Source of the DNA: a bacterium
Lineage (GTDB): Bacteria > UBA8248
Assembly: GCA_965261085.1 (NCBI GenBank)
Contig: OZ253442.1
Coordinates: 1,408,001 to 1,472,000, forward strand
DNA length: 64,000 nt
Direction: 5' to 3'
Shown: positions 30,104 through 40,817 of the stretch, piece after piece
Layout of the letters: each line of letters opens with the position of its first letter
Numbering within the stretch: position 1 is the first letter of the stretch
The notes under the pieces: generated by a model
Told to the model about the DNA's origin: nothing
Databases searched by the model: none
The model's input: the letters and a program-made list of their open reading frames with translations, nothing else
Position numbers and translations under genes: made by a program

Positions 30104-32206
30104 TCATGCGAGCCCCCCGCTACCGCCGCTCCCTGCGTCGTGCGGGGCCGACACGACCGTGAGGTTCAGGTTGCCCTGCTCGTCGCTGCGGGCGACCTGT
30201 CCGGGCAGCACGACGGTCGTCGAGTCCATCTGCTCGAGGATCGCGGGGCCTTCGAGATCGGCGCCCCGGGGGAGACCCTCCCGGGCGTAGATCGGACAAT
30301 CGACGAATCCGCCGAGCTCTGCAAAATGCACCCGGCGCCTCCCTCGCTCCGCCGCGCGCAGGTCGCCGCCCGTCCCGGCGGCGCCCGCGACCGGGGGCGC
30401 CGTCACCCGGGCGAGGGCGGTGACGCGAAAGGTGACCAGTTGAACCGGCGCGTCCGGCGCGTAGCCGTACACTCTTTCGTGCTCGCGCCGGAAAGCGTCG
30501 ACCAGCGCCGAGAGGTCGTGGTCGGCGAATTCCCGCTCCTGAACCGCCACCGTGATCTCGTGGCTCTGTCCGACGTAGCGCATGTCGATGGCACGTTGCA
30601 CCGTGCGCTCGCCGGGCTCCACCCCCTCCCGGTCGAACCATTCGAGCGCTCGCTGTCCGACCTCCGTGAAGGTGACGTTGATGCCGGCGGCGCCGGTTCC
30701 CTCGAGATCGGCGATCCGCGTCAGGCTGAAATCCGAGCGCACGTCGGCGACGAGGAGCCCGAGCGCGCACAGGAGACCCGGTCCGGGCGGCACCATGACC
30801 CGGGTCATGCCCAGCTCGCGGGCGAGCGCGGAGGCGAGGAGAGGCCCCGCCCCCCCGAACGCCACCAGGGTGAAGTGCCGCGGATCGAAACCCTTCTCCA
30901 CCGAGATCACGCGTATCGCCTGAACCAGGTTCTCGTTGAGGATGGTGAGCACCGCTTCGGCCGCCTCCTCGACCCCGAGCCCCATCGGGGCCGCCACCTT
31001 GTCGGTGATTGCGCGGTGCGCGAGGTCGGGACGGAGGCTCATGCGGCCGCCCAGCAGGGATTCGCCGGAAAGGCGGCCGAGCACGACGTTGGCGTCGGTC
31101 ACGGTGGGCTCGGTTCCCCCGAGGCCGTAGCAGGCGGGGCCGGGCGCGGCGCCGGCGCTCCGGGGGCCCACGTGCACGAAGCCGCCCGTGTCCACGCGCG
31201 CGATGCTGCCCCCTCCGGCTCCCACCGAATGCACGTCGACCATCGGAAAGCGGATGGGATGCCCCCGCACCTCCCGCTCCTTTGCGACGAGCGGCCGGTT
31301 GCCTTCGATGAGGCAGACGTCGGTGCTCGTTCCCCCGACGTCGAAGGTGATGACGTCCGGACACTCGGCTCTTCCGGCGAGAAAGCCCGCGCCGGTGACT
31401 CCCGCCGCCGGCCCCGACATGAGGCAGCGGCCCGCCATCGCACCCGCATCCCGAAGCGAGGCGACGCCGCCGTGGGACTGGAGGATCTTCGGGCCCACGA
31501 TGCCCAGGGCGCGGGACCGTTCCCCGAGGCGCTCGAGATAGCGGCTCACGACCGGGCCCAGTGATGCGTTCAGCACGGTGGTCGTGGTCCTCTCGTACTC
31601 GCGGAACTCGGCCACGACTTCGTGGGATGCGCAGGTGAACGCACCGGGAAGGTGCTCGCGCACCGCGGCCGCGACGGCGGCCTCGTGGGCCGGATTGTGG
31701 TAGCTGTGCAGGAAGCAGACGGCCACCGCCTCCACGCCTTCGCGGCGGAAGTCGTCGAGGATTCCATCGAGCGCTTCGAGGTCCGGCGGCACGTCGGAAG
31801 GCCCGAGGAGATAGGTGCGCTCCTCGATCTCGCGCCGGAGGTGGCGCGCGACGAGGGGCGGGGGCTTCGGCATCCGAATGTCGTAGTTGTGGGGTTGGCG
31901 CTGGCGGCGGATCTCCAGGATGTCGCGAAACCCTTCAGTGGTGATGAGGCCCGTGACCGCCGTGTCCCCCGTGATGAGCGCGTTGGTGGCGACCGTCGTT
32001 CCGTGGCCGAAGTAGCGGACGTTCCCGGCACCGGCGGCTGCACAGTCCAATAGCTCCGGAATGCCGGCCGCAATCGCCCGGGACGGGTCGTCCGGGGTCG
32101 AGGGTGTCTTCAGAAACCACGTCTTGCCGTCCGAGAGGCGGACGAGTGCGAAGTCGGTGAACGTCCCGCCGACGTCGACGCCGAGGACGTAACGCTCAGG
32201 CGCCAC
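30104..32206 (-). CDS. Hydantoinase A/5-oxoprolinase subunit
   Basis: 'GVDVGGTFTD', 'HGTTVATN', 'SGPAAG', 'DVGGTSTD', 'GAGGGS', 'FGGAG', 'DMRYVGQSHE'. Confidence 0.93.
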   Translation of the reverse strand: MAPERYVLGVDVGGTFTDFALVRLSDGKTWFLKTPSTPDDPSRAIAAGIPELLDCAAAGAGNVRYFGHGTTVATNALITGDTAVTGLITTEGFRDILEIRRQRQPHNYDIRMPKPPPLVARHLRREIEERTYLLGPSDVPPDLEALDGILDDFRREGVEAVAVCFLHSYHNPAHEAAVAAAVREHLPGAFTCASHEVVAEFREYERTTTTVLNASLGPVVSRYLERLGERSRALGIVGPKILQSHGGVASLRDAGAMAGRCLMSGPAAGVTGAGFLAGRAECPDVITFDVGGTSTDVCLIEGNRPLVAKEREVRGHPIRFPMVDVHSVGAGGGSIARVDTGGFVHVGPRSAGAAPGPACYGLGGTEPTVTDANVVLGRLSGESLLGGRMSLRPDLAHRAITDKVAAPMGLGVEEAAEAVLTILNENLVQAIRVISVEKGFDPRHFTLVAFGGAGPLLASALARELGMTRVMVPPGPGLLCALGLLVADVRSDFSLTRIADLEGTGAAGINVTFTEVGQRALEWFDREGVEPGERTVQRAIDMRYVGQSHEITVAVQEREFADHDLSALVDAFRREHERVYGYAPDAPVQLVTFRVTALARVTAPPVAGAAGTGGDLRAAERGRRRVHFAELGGFVDCPIYAREGLPRGADLEGPAILEQMDSTTVVLPGQVARSDEQGNLNLTVVSAPHDAGSGGSGGLA

Positions 32207-33941
32207 GGTTCGAATCTTGGCGGGCCTCCCGCAAGGCCGCGGTCCGGGAGGCGTCGACGCTTCCGCGGACGAGCGCGACGCCGTAGCTCTGCTCCGCCGC
32301 GGGTGCGGTCACCTTGCCGGCGGCCACGTCGTCGCGCACCCTCTCCGGATCGCGTTCCCACGGGTCGCCGAAGCCGGCACCGGACGGGGTGTCGACCCGA
32401 ACCGTCGTTCCCGCGTCCACCTTGAGCTCCGAGAACGAGCCAGGAAGCTTCGTCTCGCGGTTTCCGCCCGGGTCCAGAACGAAGACGCCGGGACACCCCG
32501 AACTTCCGCCAAACAGCCCGGACGCGCCTCGGGATTGGCGCAGTCCGCGGCCTGCGAGCCTCGCCCGCTCCGCCCAGATGGTGACGTCGCGGCGCGTCGC
32601 GAGGCCGCCGCGATGCCGTCCGGGGCCTCCCGAGTCGGCGATCAGCTCGTAGCGGCCGACGGTCAGCGGGAACTCCTGCTCCACGGATTCGATGGGCAGG
32701 TTGGCCGCGCCCGAAACGTGGACCCGGACCGCGTCTTTTCCGTCGAGCGCGGAAAGCGCGCCGGACGCTCCCGCGTAGGTCTCGTAGTCGACGAAGTACT
32801 CGTTCCGGCGCGGGTCGACGCCGCTGAAGATAAGCCCGTGGAGCGGACCGCAGCCGGCCATCACCCGGTCCGGCGCCGCGTCGGCGAGCGCGCCCAGCAG
32901 CAGGTCGCCGAGCACGTTGCCGGTCGCGCCCCGATCCCCGACGGCGGCGGGGGGGCGGCAGTTGACGACCGTGCCTTCCGGCGCGGTGACGCCGATGGCG
33001 CGGAAGTACCCGGAGTTGGGCGGCAGCGCCGGGTCCGTCACCGCCTTGACCGCGTAGTAGACGCCGGACAGGGTGGCCGCGAGCGGCATGTTCCGGGCCC
33101 CTGCGATCTGCCCATCGGTGCCCGTGAAGTCGAAGTGAATGCGATCGACGCGAATGGTGATCTTGACGCGGAGGCGAACGATGCCGTCGGCCACGCCGTC
33201 GTTGTCGACCACTTCTTCGTTCTCGTAGGTTCCGTCCGGCAGCCTCGCGATCTCGGCGCGCGTGCGCGACTCGGCGTAGTCGAGGAGCGCTCTCGCGCCC
33301 CGGTGCACGCTATCGGCTCCGAAGCGAGCAAAGCACTCCTGCACCCGGCGGACCCCGATGGCGTTGGTCGCGATCTGGGCCCGCAGATCGCCCTCGCGCT
33401 CGCGCGGGGTGCGCGAGTTGAGGAGCACGAACGCGAGTATGTCGGTGCACAGCTCCCCCTCGTCCAGCAGCTTGACGGGAGGGATTCGCAGCCCTTCCTG
33501 GAAGATGCTCGTGCAGTCGGCGCTCTCGCTCCCCGCCACCTTGCCGCCGATGTCGGAGTGGTGGGCGATGTTGGCGACGAACGCGACCGGCCGGCCATCG
33601 AAGAAGACGGGGCTTGCGAGCGTCAGGTCCGGCAGGTGCGAGCCGCCTCCCACGTACGGATCGTTCGTGAGGAAGCCGTCGCCGGGGCGAAAGCGGTCGA
33701 GGGGGTAACGCCGGGTGATGTTCTCCACGAGGCCGAGGAGCGAGCTCAGGTGAAGGGGGGCGATGGCGGTCAGGGCGAGGAGGTTGCCCGCAGTGTCGAA
33801 GATCGCGACCGAGCAGTCACGCCGCTCCTTGATGTTCGGGGAATACGCGGTCTTGACGAGGGTGGCCATCATCTCGTCGGCCGCGGTGGCGAAGCGGTGC
33901 GCGATGACCTCGGTGGTGATTCGGTCGCAGCCTGGATCCAT
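32196..33941 (-). CDS. Hydantoinase B/5-oxoprolinase subunit
   Basis: 'TAYSPNIKERRDCS', 'NDPYVGGSHLPD', 'HHSDIGG', 'FQEGLRIPP', 'DSGGPGRHRGG'. ATG 33941 with GGAG RBS. Confidence 0.93.
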   Translation of the reverse strand: MDPGCDRITTEVIAHRFATAADEMMATLVKTAYSPNIKERRDCSVAIFDTAGNLLALTAIAPLHLSSLLGLVENITRRYPLDRFRPGDGFLTNDPYVGGGSHLPDLTLASPVFFDGRPVAFVANIAHHSDIGGKVAGSESADCTSIFQEGLRIPPVKLLDEGELCTDILAFVLLNSRTPREREGDLRAQIATNAIGVRRVQECFARFGADSVHRGARALLDYAESRTRAEIARLPDGTYENEEVVDNDGVADGIVRLRVKITIRVDRIHFDFTGTDGQIAGARNMPLAATLSGVYYAVKAVTDPALPPNSGYFRAIGVTAPEGTVVNCRPPAAVGDRGATGNVLGDLLLGALADAAPDRVMAGCGPLHGLIFSGVDPRRNEYFVDYETYAGASGALSALDGKDAVRVHVSGAANLPIESVEQEFPLTVGRYELIADSGGPGRHRGGLATRRDVTIWAERARLAGRGLRQSRGASGLFGGSSGCPGVFVLDPGGNRETKLPGSFSELKVDAGTTVRVDTPSGAGFGDPWERDPERVRDDVAAGKVTAPAAEQSYGVALVRGSVDASRTAALREARQDSNRGA

Positions 33942-33955
33942 GGGCACTCCCCGAC

Positions 33956-35326
33956 GAGTTACTGTCAGAAGTTGTGTATGAGCTGAATTGAAGAAGGCGC
34001 ATCCTGCTGAAATAGGGTTGTCCAAAGCCCGGTCATTCAGCACACAGGAGATGCTCCACCATGAGAGAAGATACGACGATTCCTTTCCGGAATCCAGCCC
34101 TACGGGACGAGTTGAGCGAACTGGTGCGCGAGGGCGCGCAACGAATCATCCGCCAAGCGGTGGAAGCGGAGTTGGAGGCCTTTCTGGAAGGGTATGCGGC
34201 CGACCGTGACGCGCAAGGTCGACGCGCGGTGGTTCGCAACGGCTACCTGCCGTCGCGGGAGGTGTTGACGGGTGTGGGTCCGGTGCGTGTCCGGGTTCCG
34301 CGGACGCGGGACAGGTCGGGCGCGGGCCGGTGCTTCCGCTCGGAGTTGCTGCCGCCGTATTTGAAGAAGACGAGGCGTATGGAGGCGGTGATTCCGTGGC
34401 TGTACCTGAAGGGGGTATCGACGAACGACTTCGGTGAAGCGCTCACGGCGCTGTTCGGCGAGTCGGTGAAGGGATTGTCCCCGGCGAGCGTCGCGCGGCT
34501 CAAGGACGGCTGGGAGCGTGAGTACGCGCAGTGGCGCGAGCGGGACTGGGGTGGCGAGGAGTTCGTGTATCTGTGGGCGGACGGGATCTACGTGAACGTG
34601 CGCGGCGAGGAGCGGCGTTGTCTGCTAGTGGTTGTGGGCTGCGACGCGCGTGGCCGCAAGCGCTTCCTGGCCCTGGAATCCGGGTTCAGGGAGTCGAAGG
34701 AGAGCTGGAGGCGGTGCTGTTGAGCCTGCGGGACCGGGGCGTGAGGGCGGCGAAGCTGGCGGTGGGCGACGGTGGGCTGGGGTTGTGGTCGGCCCTGGCC
34801 GAGGTATATCCCGAAACCCGTGCGCAGCGTGCTGGGTGCACAAGACGGCGAACGTGCTCGACAGGCTGCCCAAACGGGTTCAGGGCGAAGCGAAGTCGAT
34901 GCTGCACGAGATATGGGGGTCGGACACCCGTGCGCATGCGAAGGAGGCTTTTGAGCGCTTCTGTGCCACCTGGGAGGCGAAGTACCCGAAAGCCGCCGAT
35001 TGCCTGGCGGGGGACCGCGAGGAGTTGCTCGCCTTCTACGACTTCCCGGCGGCGCACTGGCGGAGTCTTCGGACGACGAACCCCATCGAATCGACCTTCG
35101 CCACCATCCGCTTGCGAACGGCGAAGACGAGGAACTGCCTGAGCGAGAAGACGGCGCTGAGCCTGGTGCATCAGCTCGCCATGAGCGCCGAGAAGCGATG
35201 GCGCCGACTACGCGGCTTCCATCATCTGGCCGAGGTGATCGCCGACGTGAGGTTCATCGATGGGGTGGAGGAAAAAGAATCGGGCGGGAGGGCCGCTGGA
35301 TTCAGGACGGCCATACAACAGATTTG
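33956..35326 (+). mobile_element. IS256-family element, transposase frameshifted, right IR interrupted
   Basis: Transposase from 34061 ('RNGYLP', 'LYLKGVST', 'YLWADGIY', 'CWVHK', 'RTTNPIES') with shifts near 34710 and 34830. Left IR gagttactgtcagaagttgtgtatg; partial right IR catacaacagatttg (35312-35326). Confidence 0.88.
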
Positions 35327-36010
35327 TGTATGGACGCGCCCAAGAATGCAAGCGTTGGCCCGGAGGTTTTGGTGCGTTATGGTCAGACTCATTCGTGTAT
35401 ACGGCCTCTCAATTGCGGCGTTTCACTATTACCGCGGGCCCGTATGGAAATGCGAGGATCGGGTCCGAATCGACCGTGCGAGCTTGAAAAACTCCAAAAT
35501 CTGGTCCTGGTTTTCCCGACCCCGTCTCAATGACCGTTCGCCCCTACCTCCTCATTCGGCCTGCTCACATTCCCGCCGTGCTCCGCTCGCCTGCCGCTCA
35601 GGCGGCCGGCGCCGGCTCCCGGTAGAATTCTCTGTTCGTAATCAGCGCCCAGTCGATGCGCGCCATCCTGTTGGCCAGCGCCACCGCAACCAGCATCTTG
35701 GGCTTACGCGCCAGCATCCGGGCCAGCCACGATCCGGGAGGCGCGCCTCGCCGGACCGCCCAGCGCACCACGCTCATCGCGCCCGTGATCAACAACCGCC
35801 TCACGTCGCGCTGGCCCATCTTCGATATCCTACCCAGTCGCGGCTTGCCTCCGGTCGAGTGCTGTCGCGGCACGAGACCGAGCCAGGCGGAGAAGTCGCG
35901 CCCGCGCCGGAAGCTTGCCATCGGCGGCGCGAAGGCCTGTATCGCCGAAGCGCAGATCCGCCCGACCCCCGGGATGCTCATCAGGCGCCTCGCCTCTTCG
36001 TCCTCGCGCG
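35327..36010 (-). mobile_element. IS110/IS1111-family element, right half (recombinase C-terminus plus long non-coding end)
   Basis: ORF 35598-35981 'SIPGVG...FSAWLGLVPRQHSTGGK..LGRISKMG...VALANRMAR', followed by a ~270-bp non-coding end terminating in ...cttgcattcttgggcgcgtccataca. Confidence 0.88.
35345..35560 (-). ncRNA. Putative bridge RNA/seekRNA of the IS1111-type element
   Basis: Non-coding end downstream of the recombinase with nested stems. Contains 7-nt matches to the element end (gtatgga 35442-35448) and to the flank (aaatctg 35497-35503). Confidence 0.55.
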
Positions 36011-36073
36011 GAGTCGCCCCTCCAGCTCCGAGACGCTTTCTGCGGTGGCCAAGACGTCCAATACCTCGTCCAG

Positions 36074-38560
36074 CTATGCTTTCAGGCGGGCGCCCTCAGG
36101 GTCGAACATCGCCGAGCGCGAAGCCACGGTCACGGGGAAGCACTCGCTCATGTATAGCACCTGCAACTTGATGCCGGCCACCGCCCGCTCGATCGGCAGG
36201 TAGGCCAGCAGGAGGTGCTGGCCGAGGGACGGTCCCATGCCAGCCGAGGTGACGAAGGACTCCCGTCCGCGGACGTCGACGAGGCGCTTGCCGTCACGCG
36301 TCAGGATCGGTTCGCTGCTACCGGTGGGGAACCGAAACACCCCGGATTCGCTGGTGTGACCGTCAACCGTCAGCGCACACAGCTTCGCCGCCGGACCTTC
36401 GGCGCGTGCCTGCAGGTAGGCCTGCTTCCCGATGAATTCCGCGGCCTTCACGCGGGGCCGCGCCAAGCCCGCCTCCACCGGCGAGTACTCGGAGGTGAGA
36501 TCGGCGCCCATGAGTGCGTATCCCTTTTCAAGGCGTCCCGTGGTGCCGTAGACGCCGATACCGACGGGTCGGGCGTCGAAGGCGCGGCCCGTCTCCCAAA
36601 TCGCGTCCCACAGGCGCACGCCGTGCGACGTGCGCGTGTAGATCTCCCATCCGCTCTCGCCCACGTAGGAAATGCGCAGCATCGTCGTCGGAACGCCATC
36701 AATAATCACCTCCTGCATCGTCCCGTACGGAAACGCTTCCTGTGTTAGCGGGGTGCTGGCAATCTCGGAGAGCAACGCGCGGGCATCCGGTCCCCATACC
36801 CCTATGGTGCAGAATGCCGACGATTGGTTCTCGAACTGAACCGAGCCGTCCCTGGGCAGATGGCGGCGGAACCAGACCTCGTCGCGCGCACCGTCGAAGA
36901 CTCCGGTCACGATGCGGAACCGATCATACGCCAGCCTCTGTATGGTGAGATCGGCGCGGATCCCGCCATCCGGCGTTAACAGCGGGGTGTAGATCGAGCA
37001 GCCCACCGGACGATCGCAGAGGTTGACCGTCAACCGCTCCAAGTAGGGCACGACGCCAGGTCCGGACACGTCAAAGATCTGAAAGGCGCTCAAATCCACG
37101 ATCCCGACTTTCTCCCGCATGTGGAGATGCTCCGCGTTGATGATCGGCGACCACCAGCGGCGATCCCATTCGTGCGGGCGATCCGAAACGCCGTAGCGGG
37201 CGACCAGATCCTCGTTCGACGCGTACCACTGGGGTCGCTCCCAGCCGTGCGCTTCGAAGAATTCGGCGCCTAGGTTCGCGGTGCGATCGTAGAACGGTGC
37301 CCGGTGCATGCCGCGAGCGGACGCCCACTGCTCACGCGGATGCACGATTCCGTACGTCTTGTTAAAGTGCTCGCAGCAGCGCTGTCGAATGTGCTGCTCG
37401 GTTCGCTCGTGCGGGTAGAACCGCGTGATGTCCGAGCCGTGTGGATCGCACAGACGCGGATAGCCGTAGGTGATCCACTCGGCGATCAAGCGCGCGGTGC
37501 CGGGGCCCTCCTTGATCCAAACTGCGGCCGCCGACCAGAGCTTCTCCACCTCGGCAGTCTCGCCCAGCACCTGCCGCGCATCCGGGGTCAGAGACAGTAG
37601 TCCGTTCACCGAATATTGCATTTCGGAACCGGCAAGCAACTCGCCCATAATCGTCCGGGCATGCTCGAGCTGCGGAGCGAAGTCATCGCCGGTGAAGGGC
37701 ATCTCGGTGGGTGTCCGCTCCGCCTCCGCAAAGGAAGGAATGTCATCGGGTTGCACCAAGATGGGGCGATGGGCATACGAGCCGATCTCCATCGCCTCGT
37801 GACACTGTCGCTCGTACATGAAGGTGTCCATGTCGCGGACGATCGGATAGTCGATCTCGTTTCCCGTCCTTCGCAGCAGGTCGATCGAGCCCATGTCAGC
37901 CATCTGGTGCACCGCTGGGGTAAGCGGGATGGTCGCTCCGGCGAGCGCGGCGACTCGCGGGCTCCAGACACCGCACGCAATCACCACCTGTTCCACCGCG
38001 ATCGTGCCGCGCGTAGTCGCCACGGCCCGGATGCGCGGACGGCCGAACGGCGGGCGTGATACCTCCAGCCCGGTGACCTCGGTGTTGTCCAGCACGGTCA
38101 GCACTCCCTTGGCCCGCGCCTGCTCACGCATGATGGTGCCCGCCCGGACCGAGTCGACCACCGACACGCTCGGCGTGTAGAAGCCGCCTAGGATCACGTC
38201 ACCGTTCACGAACGGTACCTTGGCAACCACCTCGGCGGGATTAAGTAGCTCGGCCTCGATACCCCAGCAGAGAGCCGAGGTCATCCGCCGGAGCAACTCT
38301 TCCATGCGAGCATCCGTGCGTGCCACTTCGATACCGCCACACATGGTGTTGACGCCGAGCGCGGCATACTGGCGTTGGCTCTCCAATGTCAGCATCGTGA
38401 TCTCGCGATTGTGATCAGTGGGGAAGATGAAGTTCGACGCGTGGCCGGTCGAACCACCGGGGTTAGGCAGCGGCCCCTTTTCGATCAGCAGTAGGTTGTC
38501 CCACCCCAGCTCCGCCAAGTGCCGCACTAGGCAATTGCCAACGATACCGGCACCGATCAC
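36074..38560 (-). CDS. Dimethylglycine oxidase/dehydrogenase-like FAD oxidoreductase fused to GcvT
   Basis: GAGIVG FAD motif, 'GSTGHAS', 'VRDMD', 'GWERP', GcvT 'RISYVGESGWE', 'RLEKGY'. The true start is probably slightly upstream. Confidence 0.9.
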   Translation of the reverse strand: MIGAGIVGNCLVRHLAELGWDNLLLIEKGPLPNPGGSTGHASNFIFPTDHNREITMLTLESQRQYAALGVNTMCGGIEVARTDARMEELLRRMTSALCWGIEAELLNPAEVVAKVPFVNGDVILGGFYTPSVSVVDSVRAGTIMREQARAKGVLTVLDNTEVTGLEVSRPPFGRPRIRAVATTRGTIAVEQVVIACGVWSPRVAALAGATIPLTPAVHQMADMGSIDLLRRTGNEIDYPIVRDMDTFMYERQCHEAMEIGSYAHRPILVQPDDIPSFAEAERTPTEMPFTGDDFAPQLEHARTIMGELLAGSEMQYSVNGLLSLTPDARQVLGETAEVEKLWSAAAVWIKEGPGTARLIAEWITYGYPRLCDPHGSDITRFYPHERTEQHIRQRCCEHFNKTYGIVHPREQWASARGMHRAPFYDRTANLGAEFFEAHGWERPQWYASNEDLVARYGVSDRPHEWDRRWWSPIINAEHLHMREKVGIVDLSAFQIFDVSGPGVVPYLERLTVNLCDRPVGCSIYTPLLTPDGGIRADLTIQRLAYDRFRIVTGVFDGARDEVWFRRHLPRDGSVQFENQSSAFCTIGVWGPDARALLSEIASTPLTQEAFPYGTMQEVIIDGVPTTMLRISYVGESGWEIYTRTSHGVRLWDAIWETGRAFDARPVGIGVYGTTGRLEKGYALMGADLTSEYSPVEAGLARPRVKAAEFIGKQAYLQARAEGPAAKLCALTVDGHTSESGVFRFPTGSSEPILTRDGKRLVDVRGRESFVTSAGMGPSLGQHLLLAYLPIERAVAGIKLQVLYMSECFPVTVASRSAMFDPEGARLKA

Positions 38561-38999
38561 GGCAATCGTCGCCCGTGTCGGCGGCGGCGAAGTGCTCTCG
38601 GCTAGGCTGCTGATGGAGTCTTTCAGAATTGATCCCCCACGTACGCATGACGGTCACAACTCGCGACATGCTCGGCCCCGGAGTCGATCGCGTAGGTTTC
38701 CGGTCTTGCCCCCATGAGCGGCATCGGCGTCCACATCACGCCCTGGCCAGAAGGTCAGCCTTGAAACATGGCCTATATGGCATATAATTAGCCCTGTTTA
38801 CAAGTGTCGCGAGAGTCGGGAGCACCTCGGTAACGGCGGCAAACTCGTACCGCGAGGCATCGCCGGTATCGGGGCGCCGTTGGCTTTCGGCATTAGCTGT
38901 GCCACGGTTGGTGCAGTCGCTGCCGTTGGATCATTGTGAGTCGATCGCGTACCGGAGCCGCGCCAGAAAGCCATAAGGCGTGACGGAGCAGGAGGAGCC

Positions 39000-40304
39000 A
39001 TGAGTGGCCAGCCGCACAGTGTCGACCAGTCCGACCGAATCGTTCCCATCAACCTGCGCCAGAGTGGCCGGACGCCCACGGAGCTGCTCATCTCCACGCG
39101 GGTGCGGAAGTCGCCCTACTGGCATCTGTCCCACGACACGGGCTGCTGGCGAGCCACGGTCTACAATCGCACCTACCATCCGCGCGGCTACGTAAGGCCG
39201 GAGGAGGGCGGCGCAGCCGTCGAGCACGAGGCGCTGACGAACCACGTGACGCTTTGGAACGTCGCGGTCGAGCGGCAGATCCAAATCAAGGGACCGGATG
39301 CAGAGCGGTTCGTCGACTACGTCATTACTCGCGACGCGACCCGCATCAGGCCGATGCAAGCGAAGTACGTCATACTCTGCAACGAGAAGGGCGGGATTCT
39401 GAACGACCCGGTCCTGTTGCGCCTGGCCGCGGAGGAATTTTGGTTCTCGCTGGCGGACTCCGACATGCTGTTCTGGCTGCAAGGCGTCAACGTCGGGAAG
39501 CGGATGGATGTGGAAATCAATGAGATCGATGTCTGCCCGTTACAGATCCAAGGGCCGAGGTCGCTCGCGCTGATGGTCGATCTACTGGGCGACGATGTCC
39601 GGGACATCCCCTACTACGGCATCCTCGAAACCGAGGTCGAGGGCTGCCTGGTGGTCGTATCCCAATCCGGCTTCTCGGGAGAGAAGGGCTACGAGATCTA
39701 TCTGCGCGACGCCACCCTGCACGCCGAGAAGCTGTGGCACGCGCTGCTTGACGCGGGCAAGCCGCACCAGCTAATGGTCACCGCCCCCGGCCATCAGCGT
39801 CGTATCCAGGCCGGCATCCTGTCCTGGGGGCAGGACATCGACCACGAGACGGTGCCTTTTCAGTGCAATCTGGCCTATCAAGTGCCGCGCAAGAAGCAGG
39901 GCGACTACATCGGCCGGACGGCCCTCGAACGGATGCGAGCCGAGATCGTCGCGGGGCGTCCGCCGTTCTCGATGGTGATGGTGGGCATGAAGCTGGGCGG
40001 CAAGCCGATCAACGACTACGCGCCCGACTTCTGGCTGGTCTCGGATGCCGACGGAGGCGACCCGATCGGTTACCTGACTTCGCCGTGGCACGCCCCGGAG
40101 TTGGGGTCCAACATCTCACTAGGTTACTTGCCGATCGGCAAGTCGGCGGTTGGGACCGAGCTGCTGGTCTGGCTGCCGGATGAGTATGCCAGCGAGCCGG
40201 GGCAACCCGACCGTGCGCAGGTTTGCGAGGTCCCCTTCCGCCCATCGGTCAATCCGAGTGCGCGCGAGCTGGCACATGCCCGCGGCGAGGACGCGGCCGA
40301 CTAG
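39000..40304 (+). CDS. Aminomethyltransferase (GcvT/DmdA-like) family protein
   Basis: 'TLWNVAVERQIQIKGPDA', 'GILNDPVLLR', 'QIQGP', 'SGFSGEKGYEI'. AGGAG RBS. Confidence 0.88.
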   Translation: MSGQPHSVDQSDRIVPINLRQSGRTPTELLISTRVRKSPYWHLSHDTGCWRATVYNRTYHPRGYVRPEEGGAAVEHEALTNHVTLWNVAVERQIQIKGPDAERFVDYVITRDATRIRPMQAKYVILCNEKGGILNDPVLLRLAAEEFWFSLADSDMLFWLQGVNVGKRMDVEINEIDVCPLQIQGPRSLALMVDLLGDDVRDIPYYGILETEVEGCLVVVSQSGFSGEKGYEIYLRDATLHAEKLWHALLDAGKPHQLMVTAPGHQRRIQAGILSWGQDIDHETVPFQCNLAYQVPRKKQGDYIGRTALERMRAEIVAGRPPFSMVMVGMKLGGKPINDYAPDFWLVSDADGGDPIGYLTSPWHAPELGSNISLGYLPIGKSAVGTELLVWLPDEYASEPGQPDRAQVCEVPFRPSVNPSARELAHARGEDAAD

Positions 40305-40529
40305 CCCGGCAATCATCACCTTGCTGCTCTGCTTTCCGCTCAACCAACCTCCCAGCAATTCCTCACCGATCTCAGGTCTTGAGGCGTTTGATCGACTCCG
40401 AACGGGTGGGGGCATGGCAACAGCACCTGGGCACCGGATCCCAGTGGATTCCGGGTAAGAAGCGTCCGGTCGGACGTAGTTCCAATGCCTTCGACAGGAC
40501 CAGCCTCGCGGGGAGCGCGGACCTGCCCG

Positions 40530-40756
40530 GCGCGAGCCTCGACGCCGAGGTGGCCTACGGCCTGGACGCCATGCGCGGCCTCCTGACGCCGTATACGGGC
40601 GTGGCGCTCACGGAGAGCGGCGAGACCTGGCGCGCGGGTGCGCGCTGGAAGCTCGGTCCCGCCTTCGACTTGGAGTTAGAAGCCAGCTTGAAAGAATCCG
40701 CCGCCGAGGAAAAACCCGAGAGCGGACTCCTCCTGCGCGGTTCGCGAAGGTGGTAG
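40530..40756 (+). pseudogene. Orphan 3' end of a second autotransporter beta-barrel
   Basis: 'DAEVAYGLDAMRGLLTPYTGVALT..GETWRAGARWKLGPAF...LRGSRRW' nearly matches 23308-23527. Confidence 0.85.
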
Positions 40757-40777
40757 GCGGACAGCATCCTGCATGAA

Positions 40778-40817
40778 GCGAAGGCGCCGCCGGAGGGATC
40801 CGGCGGCGCCTTTCGCG
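40778..40817 (+). terminator. GC-rich hairpin after the autotransporter fragment
   Basis: gcgaaggcgccgccgga-ggga-tccggcggcgcctttcgc. Confidence 0.6.

Noticed and set aside
34632-36203. 523-aa novel fusion protein
   Set aside because: It is read-through of a frameshifted IS256 C-terminus into the antisense strand of IS110 and the DMG oxidase gene.
39000-40304. Calling this dmdA or gcvT
   Set aside because: The family is clear, but specificity cannot be assigned by eye and there are no gcvH/gcvP neighbours.
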